NCBI GenBank assembly: GCA_951406725.2
Contig: OX597833.1
Location: 36,890,001 to 36,954,000, forward strand
Source of the DNA: Octopus vulgaris
Taxonomy: Eukaryota
Length of the DNA stretch: 64,000 bases
Direction: 5' to 3'
The notes beneath the pieces were generated by a model. It was given only the letters and a program-made list of their open reading frames with translations. It ran no database searches and was not told the DNA's origin. Of this stretch, positions 16,343 through 29,145 are shown in pieces; within the stretch, counting starts at the first letter, position 1; every line of letters starts with the position of its first letter. The translations under genes and the position numbers were made by a program.

Positions 16343-16548
16343 TCTCATTCTTTCTTTCTTTTCTCTCTCTCGTTATCTAACTTTCTATCTATCTATCTAC
16401 CTATCTATCCATCATTCTGTTGCTTCCTTTTGTTTCAGTGTATGTATTGAGTGTATGTGTACGCGCGCGTTTATGTAGAGTGAGGAAACGAGAGAGAGAA
16501 GGGAGGAGAAATACAGTGACAGACTCAGAGAGGGAAGCAGTGAGTGAA

Positions 16549-16611
<63 letters not shown>

Positions 16612-17692
16612 TACTGAAAGATAAGCATAAAAATAAACAAAGCAATTGGCTGAATCCATCAATCTGATTATCATTTCTCTCTCTATTTCTCTCTCTCTTT
16701 CCCTCCCTCTATCTATTTATCTACCTATCTGTATGTATGTATGTATGTATGTATGTATGTATGTATGTATGTATGTATGTATGTATGTATGTGTGTATGT
16801 ATGTATGTATGTATGTATGTATGTATGTATGTATGTATGTATGTATGTATAGGAGAGAGAGAGAGAAAGAGTGGTTCGTATGCATGTATGCTTATGCGTA
16901 TGGAAGTATGCAAGTATATACATATATATAGCATATCAACAATATATATGTATATGTGTATATGTACAAATACATACCTGAGGCCTGGCCTGTCCATCTT
17001 GATAAACCAAGTATAACCGTAATGACTAAACGGCAAATGTAAAACTTGCTCTGTCGTTACGGCAACGGCGGTGATGTTGGTGGTGATCATTGTAATGTTG
17101 GTGGTATGGCTGTTCATTTACTGTGGACTTGACCATGCTGTTGGTGCTGGTCGCTGTGGTTGGTATTAGTAGTGGTGGCAGTGGTGGTGGCGATGGTGGT
17201 GATTGTAATGGTTTTGGCAATGAGTAGCGGCAGTGGTTTCGATGATTCTTCGTATAGCTGCTGCGACGGCGGCTGTCGCAGGTATAACGGCTTTAGTTGT
17301 TTTCGACGACGTCGTCGCCAACTCTGACGACGATTCTGATGATCATGATCATGATCATAATGATGGTGACGAAGACGACAACGACGATGATGTTGGTGGT
17401 GGTGGTGTTGTGCTATTTTGTTTTCTATATTGATACACACACATACACGCATCAACACATACTCTCTCTGTCTGTCTCTCTCTCTCTTTCTCTCCTTTTT
17501 CACTTTCTCTGTATGTATGTATGTATGTATGTATGTATATTTGTGTGTATGTGTGTGTATATGTGTGTGTGTTCACGGATTACATCTGAGAAGACCTACT
17601 CGCAGAAAGAACTCAATACAGGTTACAGAAGAGTAACATAATCTTATATAAATATTATTTATATAAAATTATACATATATACACAGACACAT

Positions 17693-17743
<51 letters not shown>

Positions 17744-17875
17744 TACTTATACATGAGTGTGTGCAAGTGTATAAAATAGTAAATTAAACAGTTATATAAC
17801 AAAATTAGAGTAAAGTTATTGCAAATATTCGTAGAGTTGTGCTACTGGACTGTAGAGAATATGTATGCCTACATG

Positions 17876-17926
<51 letters not shown>

Positions 17927-18003
17927 TTATTTATATATATATACATATATACATAATATACATATATATATTATATTCATACATACATATCTATTTATCT
18001 ACA

Positions 18004-18049
<46 letters not shown>

Positions 18050-18709
18050 AACACACACTTGTATATTGCTGAGGAAAAGTACCTCAGTAGTGCGAAAACA
18101 TGCAGTAAGGTCTTTCCCCTCACTTTCTCTCTCCCCTCTCTCTTTCCCTCTCTCTCTCTCCCCTCTCTTCTCTTTTCTCTATTCTCTTTCTTTCATACGC
18201 ACACGCACACGCACACGCACACATACACAGAAATACGCACGCGCACACATATTCATAGTGTTAACTCATAAGTGTGAAGCAGTCAGTCACAACGTGACAA
18301 GATGTTGGCAGTGTTCTTAAGAACGACAGCAATATAACAACAGACACACAGTAACAACAGCAGCAAACATTACACCACAAACGGCAACAGCAAACAATAT
18401 GAAGGAAATATTTACTACTACTACTACTACTACAACTATCGTTGCTACTGCTACCATTATATCCCCCTCTTCGTTATCATCACTACTATCGTCATGACCA
18501 CAGCCATTATCATCAACCAATACTATCATCATTACGCCAATCGCCATCTTCACCAGCATCGTTACTGCAACAGAAGCAGCCATTTTATAAAGCTGCTCAT
18601 ACACCAACGTTATATAACAACCACAATTACCGTTGAAGGAGGCAGCTATTTTAAATGGTACACTGTAGTTCAAAATTGCCTTCCCACTCTGCTCGAAAAA
18701 AAACATAAG

Positions 18710-19220
<511 letters not shown>

Positions 19221-20450
19221 CTATTGGCTAAAACAATTCCCAAAACTGTCCCTGCCTTTTATGTATCACCACTGTGTCTCCCAATATATTCTCTGTCCAC
19301 ACACATATAACACACAAACCAAACGGTGTTTTGTTTTTATAAACAAGTGAAAGCTTGAAAAATTCCACACTGAAAATCGGAATACAAAAACCTTTCGTTC
19401 TTCGCGTTCATTGAATTTAAAGAAATCATATTTAACTCGAAAAATTTCCGGTCGTTAACCTAGTTTTTTAATCACACCAACTAACACATACAATGTACAT
19501 ACGTTTATATAAAATATACACGTAAAATGCATATCGAAAGAAAAAAACACAACATGAAATTATAGACACACACATATTGGTCAGAAATAATGAAAATTAA
19601 TTTCGTATATTTAGATAAAGACACGGAAAGTCTTTAGAGATGGAGTACTGCTTCTATGTGTTTTGTGTATGTGTGTGTGTGTGTTTGAGCGCGCGTGTAA
19701 CTGTGTTCGCTTCTCCATCATGAGGTCTTGATTTCGATTCTGGTGCCTGACATCTTGGGCAAGTGTTATTTCTCACGTCTCAGGTGGGCTATCAATCCTT
19801 ACTTCGCCAGTGAAGTTGAATGTATAGAAACAGCATGGAAGCTTGTCGGATGTTGTTGTACGTGGAATGCAAAAGTTCGGCTTCAGCACGCTATGTCAGC
19901 TAATCTATCATAAAATTACATTAAGGTGACATTTGTCTGTGGAATACGCTGCTACTTGCAGGCTAATTCAATGATCCCAGTAACATAGCTGATCAAACAC
20001 CTGAATACTCTTGGCTGGAAATTCTGACCAAGAATCAATGAATATATGTATGTATATGTATATGTATGTATGTCTGCGCATAAGAATTATGCATGTATGT
20101 ACGGGCGTACGTATGTAGGTACGTATGAATGTACATATTACGTAGATATATACGTATGGTGTGTAAGTGCGTGAAGCGTGCATGCGAACATGTCTGTGTG
20201 TATAGTGTATCTGTGATAGTGTGTGTGTGTGTGTGTGTGTGAGTGTGTGCGTGCGTGTGTGTGTGTGTGTGTGTGCGTGCGTGCTACATGAGTGTATGTG
20301 TGCATGCATGTAAGCATGTGTTTGCGAGCAAGGCACTCAAAGCCTGAAGTAGAGCAGGGTGATTTATTTACTAAAATTTTGACTCTCAAAGGTCTAGACG
20401 AATTCTCAAGTGAAGGAGGAAGGAGATGGGGTTAGTTTTGTAAGGGCCAC

Positions 20451-20485
<35 letters not shown>

Positions 20486-20529
20486 TATGTGTGTGTATGT
20501 ATATATATATATATACATTTATATATATA

Positions 20530-20644
<115 letters not shown>

Positions 20645-21619
20645 CCAACCTTGAATTCCGACATAAGAAGCTTCCAGTTAGTCGTTCTAGTTAGTTGTTG
20701 AATAAATTGCGAAGCAGCTAGGTATTTCAAAGATACGTGTACGTTTTACGTAATTCTCATTGAATCAAGATGATCCGGCGTGAACAGACATAGACGATCC
20801 GAATGGCTTGTAACAATTTCCGTTTATCTGAATAAACAAAGTTTGGGTCTACCCGAGGCTCTGAAAGAGGCACGTGCCCATGACCCCGAGCGCTGGGATA
20901 TACAGTGAGACCTCAAGTACTCAGTTATACCTGTCAATACATTATAGACAGACAGACAGGCAGACAGACAGACAGACAGGCAGACAGACAGACAGACTGA
21001 TAGATAGATAGATTGATAATCCTCAGATCTTCCATTCCCACAATACTTAAATATCTGTATACACATACATACATACATACTCACACGTATGTACATACAC
21101 ACAAACACATACACTTACATGTGTATCTGTGTGTATGCGTGTGTGTGTATGTGTGTGTGTGTGCACGTATGTAGACACACTCCCTCACACACACCACACA
21201 CACACACAAAACACACACTGTATGACCAGATGGTTAAGAAGTTCGATCCCCTAGTGGCATTTTGGACAAGTGTCGTTTTCTACAATCTCGAATGAACCCC
21301 TTGCTTTGCGAGTGACATGGAGAAGACGAAACAGTACAGAAGCCCATCGGACGGGTTAGAACACTAATTCAAGGATACAAGTTAATCACGCATAATTGGT
21401 CACGCTGATTTTGCATGAGAATTACGTAAAGGGGACACGTGTCTGTGGAATGCTCCATCACTTATTCGATGATTAAATATTATAATTCAATAAATAAAAA
21501 GTAATTTAGTCGATCGAACAACTGAATATTCATTGTCGAATGTCTAAGAAACTGCCATTCGTCTATACACACACATACATATATATATATCCAGTGTATG
21601 TATTGGTATCTCTCTGTGA

Positions 21620-21815
21620 TGGTTTCAAATTCTGACAGAAGTCCAGCAATTTCGGAAAAGGGATAGATCGACTCAGTGCTGAACTGATAATTATTTTATC
21701 AACACCGAAAGGAGAAAATGTAATGTCGACCTCGGTAGAATTTGAACGTAAAAACATAGGAAATGCCACTTAGCATTTTTCTCGGCGTGCTATCAATTCT
21801 GCCAACTCGCCTCGC
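21620..21815 (-). mobile_element. Decayed SINE family A
   Basis: GTCGACCTCGGTAGAATTTGAAC...TTCTGCCAACTCGCC. Confidence 0.65.
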
Positions 21816-22393
21816 TCGTTATATAATAATCCAACATCATCTAAGTAAATTATACTTCGAAATAGAAGTCTAGTAAAGACCAAAACGTGTCCTTTGCTGT
21901 CACCAATCGGCTTTAAGTAACAGATCAAATCAACTTCAATTTACATTGTCTAATTTCAGCAAAATTTCGATCAACTGATAAGAAAGTTCCGATCCACTGT
22001 GCAGTTTATTGAGCAAGTCTCTTCTACCATAGCATTATCTGACCAATACCTTACGAGTGAAATTTGCCATCGGCGAATTATATGTGAATGTATATGTTCG
22101 TGTGTGTATATGTTCGTGTGAACTTTTTATGGGTGTCGAAATCACGTTGACATCCATTTGACAGTGAGCGTGGAATGTTCACTGGTTATGTTGAATGTGA
22201 CTTTGATTTCACATTACTCTCATGTTGTACGTATTTTGATTACCTAGGATAGTACCAGGTCATTGCTTATTTGGTTCTTTGATAAAGTTTGTTATAAGTG
22301 TTACTTTTTAATTTTATTATAATATGCTGTTTGTAATTAATTTCAACGGCGTTGGAAAGCCGTTACACGACTGATGTGAAGCATATAGATAGA

Positions 22394-22435
<42 letters not shown>

Positions 22436-22503
22436 GAGAGAGGGGGAGAGAGAGAGAGTGAGAGGTACGGACATATATGTGTGTGTGTGTGTGTGTGTGT
22501 ATA

Positions 22504-22961
22504 CAGTGCCGGCCATAATATAAGGCTCAGTAAGAACAAATGTATTGAAATATTTATTATAGAAGATTAACAAAACGTTGGGACTTGATATTTTACACAT
22601 ATTTTGATATATCTGATATCTATCGTTCGTAAAAATGTCAAGAGAACGAAACAAAATAAATATTTCGTAAGTTATGGGGAAATAAACAAAAATCTTCCAA
22701 ACTGTAACGGCCAAAAGTTAAGGGTCACTTTGAAAAACAACGAAAAATGGAACAAGAGCAACAAAGAAACCCTTACTGTTAATATTTTGTGAACAAGGAA
22801 GATTGTTTGTTTGTTTCCTCATAACTTACGATATATTTACTACATTCACTTGGATAAACATTAGATATATCCAAATATGTGTAAAATATCTAGTCTCAAC
22901 GTGTTGTTAATCTTATATAATAACTATTTCAATACATTTGTTCTTGCTGACCCTTATAATA
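22504..22961. mobile_element. MITE with long imperfect TIRs (Tc1/mariner-type, TA|CAGTG start)
   Basis: Left TATAAGGCTCAGTAAGAACAAATGTATTGAAATA...GATATTTTACACATATTT is mirrored by AAATATGTGTAAAATATC...TATTTCAATACATTTGTTCTTGCTGACCCTTATA. The outermost right end is lost in (TA)n. Confidence 0.75.
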
Positions 22962-23009
22962 TATATATATATATATGTATATGTATATATATGTGTGTGT
23001 GTGTGTGTG

Positions 23010-23322
23010 TGTGGAGGCGCAATGGCCCAGTGGTTAGGACAGCGGACTCGCGGTCGTAGGATCGCGGTTTCGATTCACAGACCGGGCGATGTGAGTGTTT
23101 ATTAAGCGAAAACACCTAAAGCTCCACGAGGCTCCGGTAGGGGGTGGTGGCGGTCCCTGATGTACTCTTTCGCCACAACTTTCTCTCACTCTTTCTATTG
23201 TTGGCCTGCTCGTTTAGCCAGCGGGATGGCGTCATTTGAAGGCTAAAACAATGCGAGGCGCATTGTGACCAGCGATGTGTAGCAACATCTGATAGCCTGG
23301 TCGGTCACGGTGATCACGGTGA
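23010..23322 (+). mobile_element. tRNA-derived SINE family C, tail type 2
   Basis: First about 185 bp near-identical to the 25668 copy, then an unrelated tail ending (TCACGGTGA)2. Confidence 0.8.
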
Positions 23323-23324
23323 TA

Positions 23325-23370
<46 letters not shown>

Positions 23371-23430
23371 AAGACATTCTTTCTATTTATACATGCTCAT
23401 ATATTTATTCATTCTATAACGCATGCATGC

Positions 23431-23463
<33 letters not shown>

Positions 23464-24007
23464 TACAGACAGACAGACAGACAGACGGACGGACGTTCGG
23501 ACAGACAGACAGAAAGATAGATAGATGACTTAGCAGCTACCTTCTCCTTAGCAGATCTGTCTTGAAGAAGATCCACTCATGAGACTGAATTGTTCTTAAT
23601 CTTTTCAGTTTATTTTCAGTGTAGTTTCGTATCCTTTACGAGACGTTATAACACAGCTCTTTACTTGCCAGCTAACAGCTGTGGGTTGAGCTCAGCAAAC
23701 ATACTGGGTGATTTGGCACGTCTGAGAACACATGTATCGGGAAGACATGCAGAAATAATTGAGCTATTAAGGAAAGATTTGTACACTGTTGATGTATCAG
23801 AACAGTAGAGGAGAGTTGGAAGGCTGATAGCGTTGAAAAATTTATTTATGTGTCAATGCGAAAAACCAGAGCTGTCCTACTCTCTGCTATAGTTCTCCAA
23901 AGCTACACTAGCTTTCAGAATACGTAATGATACGACAGCGCACTTCCAAAATAATGCATACCATTACCAACGTGTTGATCATAGGTCTACATCTTCCACT
24001 CTACCTG

Positions 24008-24060
<53 letters not shown>

Positions 24061-24170
24061 TCCTAAAACTTCTATACCCCCTTTCTCATTACTCAACTCT
24101 TCTGGTCCGTAATTGTTAAGATCCACACTTTATATTACTACTACTACTACTACTACTACTGCCACTGCTG

Positions 24171-24239
<69 letters not shown>

Positions 24240-24482
24240 GTAGTACAGCGAGCAGCGTTTTCTAGACAGGGTTGTCTACTTCTTACAATTGCAGTAAGCG
24301 TTATTAGTCATGCACACAGCCTCTGCACAGTTCCGAATTCTGTTCACAATCTATTGGTCATACAAAGTATGTGCGCGTGTGTATGTGTATGAATGTGCAT
24401 GTGTGTACGTGTGCGCGCGCGCGTACATGTTTGTATACTGAATGTATGCATATATGTATATGTGTGTGTGTATATATATGTA

Positions 24483-24522
<40 letters not shown>

Positions 24523-24978
24523 CACACGTACACACATACATTAGTAACAATACTAAACTTTAGGCTGGGTGGGTTGACATATATGCATTGGAATTGTAAG
24601 AAGTCGAAGTCTCAGATCTGTAGAGCAAGGTAGTAAATGAGATGGTAAATTGTTCTATCAACGTGCATACACAACACAGACGTTTGCTTTCACTCACCTA
24701 GGAGTGAGAGGCTTATCAAGAGAAAGGTACTCCACTTGCGTACGCTTCGACAAGGGATGCTAGATTCTTTTTTTTCTTCCAATTTTTTTCTCAATAAAGA
24801 AATTAATCAAATGCTTTTTTGTGAATTAATTATAAATTTCAAAGGCAGCATAATTTGGCTTAATATGTTTTCAGCACTTCGGTATCCTAAATACAACTAC
24901 GTGAGGTGAAAATGAAAATGTTCTCACATCTGATGACAAAGTAAAAACATTTCAGAAAAAGGAAAGCTATGCTATAAG

Positions 24979-25142
<164 letters not shown>

Positions 25143-25667
25143 TTGTGTGTATGCGTGTGTGTGTGTGTGTATTTACATGCATGTATATTTGATTGTGTCT
25201 TTGTAGGTAGCTGTGACAGTTTATATACGTGTCTATGCGTAACGTACCTTTTTAATACTCGCGTATTCAAAACTCTTCATTCTCTCTCTCACTTTCTTTC
25301 TGTTTCTCCCTTCTCTCTCTCTCACTCTCACTCTCTCCTTCTCTCTCGTTAACTTCCAATCTGTCACGTTGTCCACTTCTATAATTTACGACCCCCGCTA
25401 TTTCCCTTTTCCAAACTCCTCTTTCAGTCTCTTTCAGTTAATACCCGTGCGCGTGCGCTGCTTGCTGTCCCTTTGTTATTTCTCAGTATTCTTCTCCATC
25501 TCACACCCTTATCTCTGCTTCCCAGTTATTTGTCGTCTGTCTAATACAAGCAGAAGAATTTTTCAATGGATTTTATGTCTCTTTATATTACTTCTTATAT
25601 TTTATTTCATAGTTAGTCTCTCTATCAATCACATTGTTTTAGTTTAACTCTACTTATATTAAATCAG

Positions 25668-26052
25668 TGTGGAGGCGCAATGGCCCAGTGGTTAGGGCAG
25701 CGGACTCGCGGTCGTAGGATCGCGGTTTCGATTCCCAGACCGGGCGTTGTGAGTGCTTATTGAGCGAAAACACCTAAAGTTCCACGAGGCTCCGGCAGTG
25801 GGGGGGGATCCCTGCTGTACTCTTTCGCCACAACTTTCTCTCACTCTTTCTTCCTGTTTCTGTTGTACCTGTATTTCAAAGGGCCGGCCTTGTCACTCTC
25901 TGTGTCACGCTGAATATCCCCGAGAACTACGTTAAGGGTACACGTGTCTGTGGAGTGCTCAGCCACTTACACGTTAATTTCACGAGCAGGCTGTTCCGTT
26001 GGTCGGATCAACCGGAACCCTCATCGTCGTAACCGACGGAGTGCTTCCATCC
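25668..26052 (+). mobile_element. Full-length tRNA-derived SINE (family C, tail type 1), possibly tRNA-Arg-derived OR-type
   Basis: A-box TGGCCCAGTGG and B-box GGTTTCGATTCCC. TSD ATTAAATCAG at 25658-67 and 26053-62. Confidence 0.85.
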
Positions 26053-26365
26053 ATTAAATCAGCTCAGTTTCTGTGTATTTGTCTTGCTTTCCCTATATAT
26101 GTGTAAATTGTTTTCTTGTGCGCGCCGTGCGACGTTGTTCTTGCATTTGTACCTCTACCGCTTGATAACCAGCATTGGTTTGTTTATGGCACTGTAATTT
26201 GGCTTTTCGACAAAAATTAGAGTTAGTGTCACATTTTAAAAATGTGCCAGAGGTCGACTTGATCGCCAAAACCAGTCAAAGTGGTGCCCCCACCATAACG
26301 CAATCCAATAATTGAAAGAAGTAAAAGAGTATATAATATGATATGATATATATATATATATATAT

Positions 26366-26579
26366 CAAAATGTGACCTCTTGTGTACCGTTGGCGATTTT
26401 GTTTCCCTCTGTCTTCCCTTTTCTGGATCTTTCCTTCTCCTATGTTTCCGACGAAGAGCTCCGCTCGAAACGTTAAACCCTCCTTCTTTCCTTCTTTCCT
26501 GAACGTCCAATAATACTATATTTGTTCCACGTCCTCGCGTTGTTGTGTTTTCTCTTTGTGTTTTCTTGTTTGGATTAAC
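26366..26579 (+). mobile_element. Short non-coding HHR-bearing cassette (solo pLTR / retrozyme-like) embedded in (TA)n
   Basis: Flanked by (TA)n on both sides. Homologous to 49741-49944(-) and 58041-58150(+). Contains GTTT-CCGACGAA-GAGC.TCC.GCTC-GAAAC-GTT-AAAC. Confidence 0.75.
26444..26478 (+). ncRNA. Minimal hammerhead ribozyme motif, core CCGACGA
   Basis: Stem I GTTT/AAAC, core CCGACGA plus an extra A, stem II GAGC/GCTC, GAAA, loopless palindromic stem III (ACGT), cleavage triplet GUU (GUC in the 49.8-kb copy). Confidence 0.65.
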
Positions 26580-26714
26580 TATATATATATATAGAGAGAG
26601 AGAGAGATGAGTGTATTTTACCTTGTTAACAATTAACACGGATAAATGAATGAATAGTTACCAGGGCAGCAAAATCTCACAAGTAAAGATGTTATAACTC
26701 CTTGTTTATAAAGG

Positions 26715-28772
26715 TTGAAACTTCGTGTTTACATTGAATATTTGAATAAACATCTGAGGTATCTTCGCAACATCACCAAAGAAATCAATTCTATGGATAC
26801 TATGTTGGTTCAATCTGATAAGACTGGAAATCTGTACAAACTTTATAAAGACTATTATTTGGAATTACTTGAAAAAGAAATTCAGAAAAAGTATAAAATT
26901 GCTGATAAAAGAATACTTAAGAAAGCCAACATCGAGGCTATGAAAATCATGGAGAAATATAACCTACAAATGAAGACAGAACCACTTGTTCCTAAGCAAC
27001 CTAGGTTCATTTTGAAGGATCACAAACCAAATTTTTTTACTAACCCATCATTAAGCCCTTCTAGCTCTGACATCGGTATCCTTAGTAAAAATATACTAGA
27101 TAAATATATTCCTAATTTAATCAAAACATTAAAACTTAGTTTATGGACTAATTCATTTGACGTAGTTGACTGGTTTAGGTCTATTAACAGTAAGGTGAGT
27201 ACGAAGTTTATCCAGTTTGATATTTCCAATTTTTATTCGTCTATTAATCCAATAGTACTTAATAAGGCACTTTGGCTTGCTCATAACAAAGCTGGTCTCA
27301 CCCGAGAAGAAATTAATGTTGTGTTGGCAGCCAGAAGATCTATTATTAAATTTGATGATAAGTTGTGGGTCCGTAAAGACACACCAGATAGTTTCGATAT
27401 ACCTATGGGAAGTTCTGATTCAGCACAGATAGCTGATTTGGTCTGTATATATATTCTTTTTGAAATGGCTGAAGAGTTCCCTAACATTTATGGAGGTCTA
27501 TATCGTGATGATTGTTTACTTTACCTCCAAAATGTTTCCAACCAAAAGGTACAAAAAGTTAAGAACAGTTTAGTTAATTTTTTCAGTAGAATGGGCTTAA
27601 AAATCGTTTTTGATGACGATCTGACGAAGGCCAACTTTTTAGATATTACGCTTAATTTACACAGTGACTCTTACTTCCCATATCATAAACCGTTGACCAA
27701 TCTTAAGTACATTAGCAAATTTAGTAATCATCCTGGAGCAATTACTAAGAATTTAGTTAAGAATATTTCATTTAGATTATCTAAATTATCTGCTAATGTT
27801 GATATTTTCAATAATAACGCTGAATTCTATAACTCTGCCTTAATCAAAGCAGGTTATACAGAAAAAATTTTCTACATTGATTCTACTCAGTCTAATTGTA
27901 AATTCAATAATGTAGATAAGATTTCTAGTCGTAAAAGAATTATTGATAACAAACATAACTTACGCACCGATACAAAGCGAATGAAGGCAGATAACCCTTA
28001 TTTATTCCCCTATTACCGATCTAAAAGTAAATATAACACCTTCAAAAGTAATTACGCTATGAATACTAGTAAAAATATTTGGTTAATAATTCCTTACGGG
28101 AGACAAATTAAATCTAATCTCCCACTGCTGTTTCGTCAAGCTATTGCTAGGAATTTTCCAAATAATTCTAGATATTACTCTATAATTAATTCACATAAGG
28201 TTAGGATAGGTTTTTCAAACACAAAAAATCTCTTGCAAATTATATCTTCTCATAATAACAAACTGTTAAATATTAATACATTTACTAATACTAACATTAA
28301 TTTAGCTACTACCATCCAACCCTCTAGAAATATTAATAACAAGGTTATTGTATCTGAAGTCAATCCCAATAGAATTAAATTTATGTCAAGTAACTCTAAG
28401 ATTAAAAATTCTATATACCAGTGTATAATCAGTACTCGTAATAAAGTACGATTTTACATTGGAAGCACATCGTTAGAGTTATCTAAGAGAATTTCTATCC
28501 ATTACTCAACATTTAGGGATAGAAATAAACGGAATAGTACCGGTCTCAGCAAACTGATTTGGGATTTAAAAGACCACAATGAACAATTTCATTTAGAATG
28601 GTTGATCCTCTCAATTTCGATACCATATGACAAAGGCAAGAAATTCTGTCTTCTCTGCAATTCTGAGCTATTTTTCATTATTTTTTCTAAAAATACTCAA
28701 GTAAACACGGTTATAGAACGAGCATACAGATGTAAGCATTGGCAGAAACATACTTTTAGTGCATATAAGTAG
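26715..28772 (+). CDS. Penelope-like retroelement ORF: reverse transcriptase plus C-terminal GIY-YIG endonuclease (Hydra-clade-like; probably 5'-truncated, TTG start)
   Basis: 685-aa stop-free frame. PLE pre-RT motif QSDKTGNLY. RT motifs LKDHK, FDISNFYSSI, FDIPMGSSDSAQIADLV, GLYRDD, FLDITLNL, YHKP..YISKFSNHP. Endonuclease SIY...FYIGST, KRISIHYSTF, STGLSKLIWDLK, CLLCNSE, terminal RCKH. Confidence 0.93.
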   Translation: MKLRVYIEYLNKHLRYLRNITKEINSMDTMLVQSDKTGNLYKLYKDYYLELLEKEIQKKYKIADKRILKKANIEAMKIMEKYNLQMKTEPLVPKQPRFILKDHKPNFFTNPSLSPSSSDIGILSKNILDKYIPNLIKTLKLSLWTNSFDVVDWFRSINSKVSTKFIQFDISNFYSSINPIVLNKALWLAHNKAGLTREEINVVLAARRSIIKFDDKLWVRKDTPDSFDIPMGSSDSAQIADLVCIYILFEMAEEFPNIYGGLYRDDCLLYLQNVSNQKVQKVKNSLVNFFSRMGLKIVFDDDLTKANFLDITLNLHSDSYFPYHKPLTNLKYISKFSNHPGAITKNLVKNISFRLSKLSANVDIFNNNAEFYNSALIKAGYTEKIFYIDSTQSNCKFNNVDKISSRKRIIDNKHNLRTDTKRMKADNPYLFPYYRSKSKYNTFKSNYAMNTSKNIWLIIPYGRQIKSNLPLLFRQAIARNFPNNSRYYSIINSHKVRIGFSNTKNLLQIISSHNNKLLNINTFTNTNINLATTIQPSRNINNKVIVSEVNPNRIKFMSSNSKIKNSIYQCIISTRNKVRFYIGSTSLELSKRISIHYSTFRDRNKRNSTGLSKLIWDLKDHNEQFHLEWLILSISIPYDKGKKFCLLCNSELFFIIFSKNTQVNTVIERAYRCKHWQKHTFSAYK

Positions 28773-28973
28773 TCTCTATCATTATATATAGTTTAGACTT
28801 TAATTTCCTTTATATTTAACATTCACTATTAATATCCCTACTCTTTCTGTTAGCTACTTATGACGTTATATCATATAACGTTTTTTTAAACAATATTAAT
28901 AGCGTTCTGTCTATCGCTATACGAATCCATCATTTTTTGCTAAAATGTCGTATTGACAAGTTTCGTTTTTTTC

Positions 28974-29060
28974 ACTTTCCCGAAGAGAAGATTGCATTGT
29001 TTATACCTTTTATTCTTTTGAATAAGTATCAGTGGAATTTTCGAAACATATGTAGAAAGT
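28974..29060 (+). ncRNA. Type I hammerhead ribozyme motif (PLE-associated), variant core CCGAAGA
   Basis: Stem I ACTTTC(28974-79)/GAAAGT(29055-60). Core CCGAAGA (28980-86). Long stem II opening GAAGATT/AATTTTC. GAAA (29043-46). Palindromic stem III ACATATGT. Cleavage triplet GUA (29052-54). Confidence 0.8.
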
Positions 29061-29102
29061 AAAAATACTTGTTTAAACCTGCGTTAACTCCATTTTTTAT
29101 TC

Positions 29103-29143
<41 letters not shown>

Positions 29144-29145
<2 letters not shown>

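Larger units (their letters stand above)
26715..29106 (+). mobile_element. Penelope-like element (ORF plus 3' pLTR-type region with hammerhead), ending in a (TA)n tract
   Basis: RT-EN ORF, about 330 bp of 3' non-coding sequence containing an HHR fold, then (TA)n from about 29107. The 5' boundary is uncertain. Confidence 0.85.

Noticed and set aside
25671-25745. tRNA-like sequence
   Set aside because: It is a SINE head: it continues into a repeat body with a TSD and lacks a proper acceptor stem.
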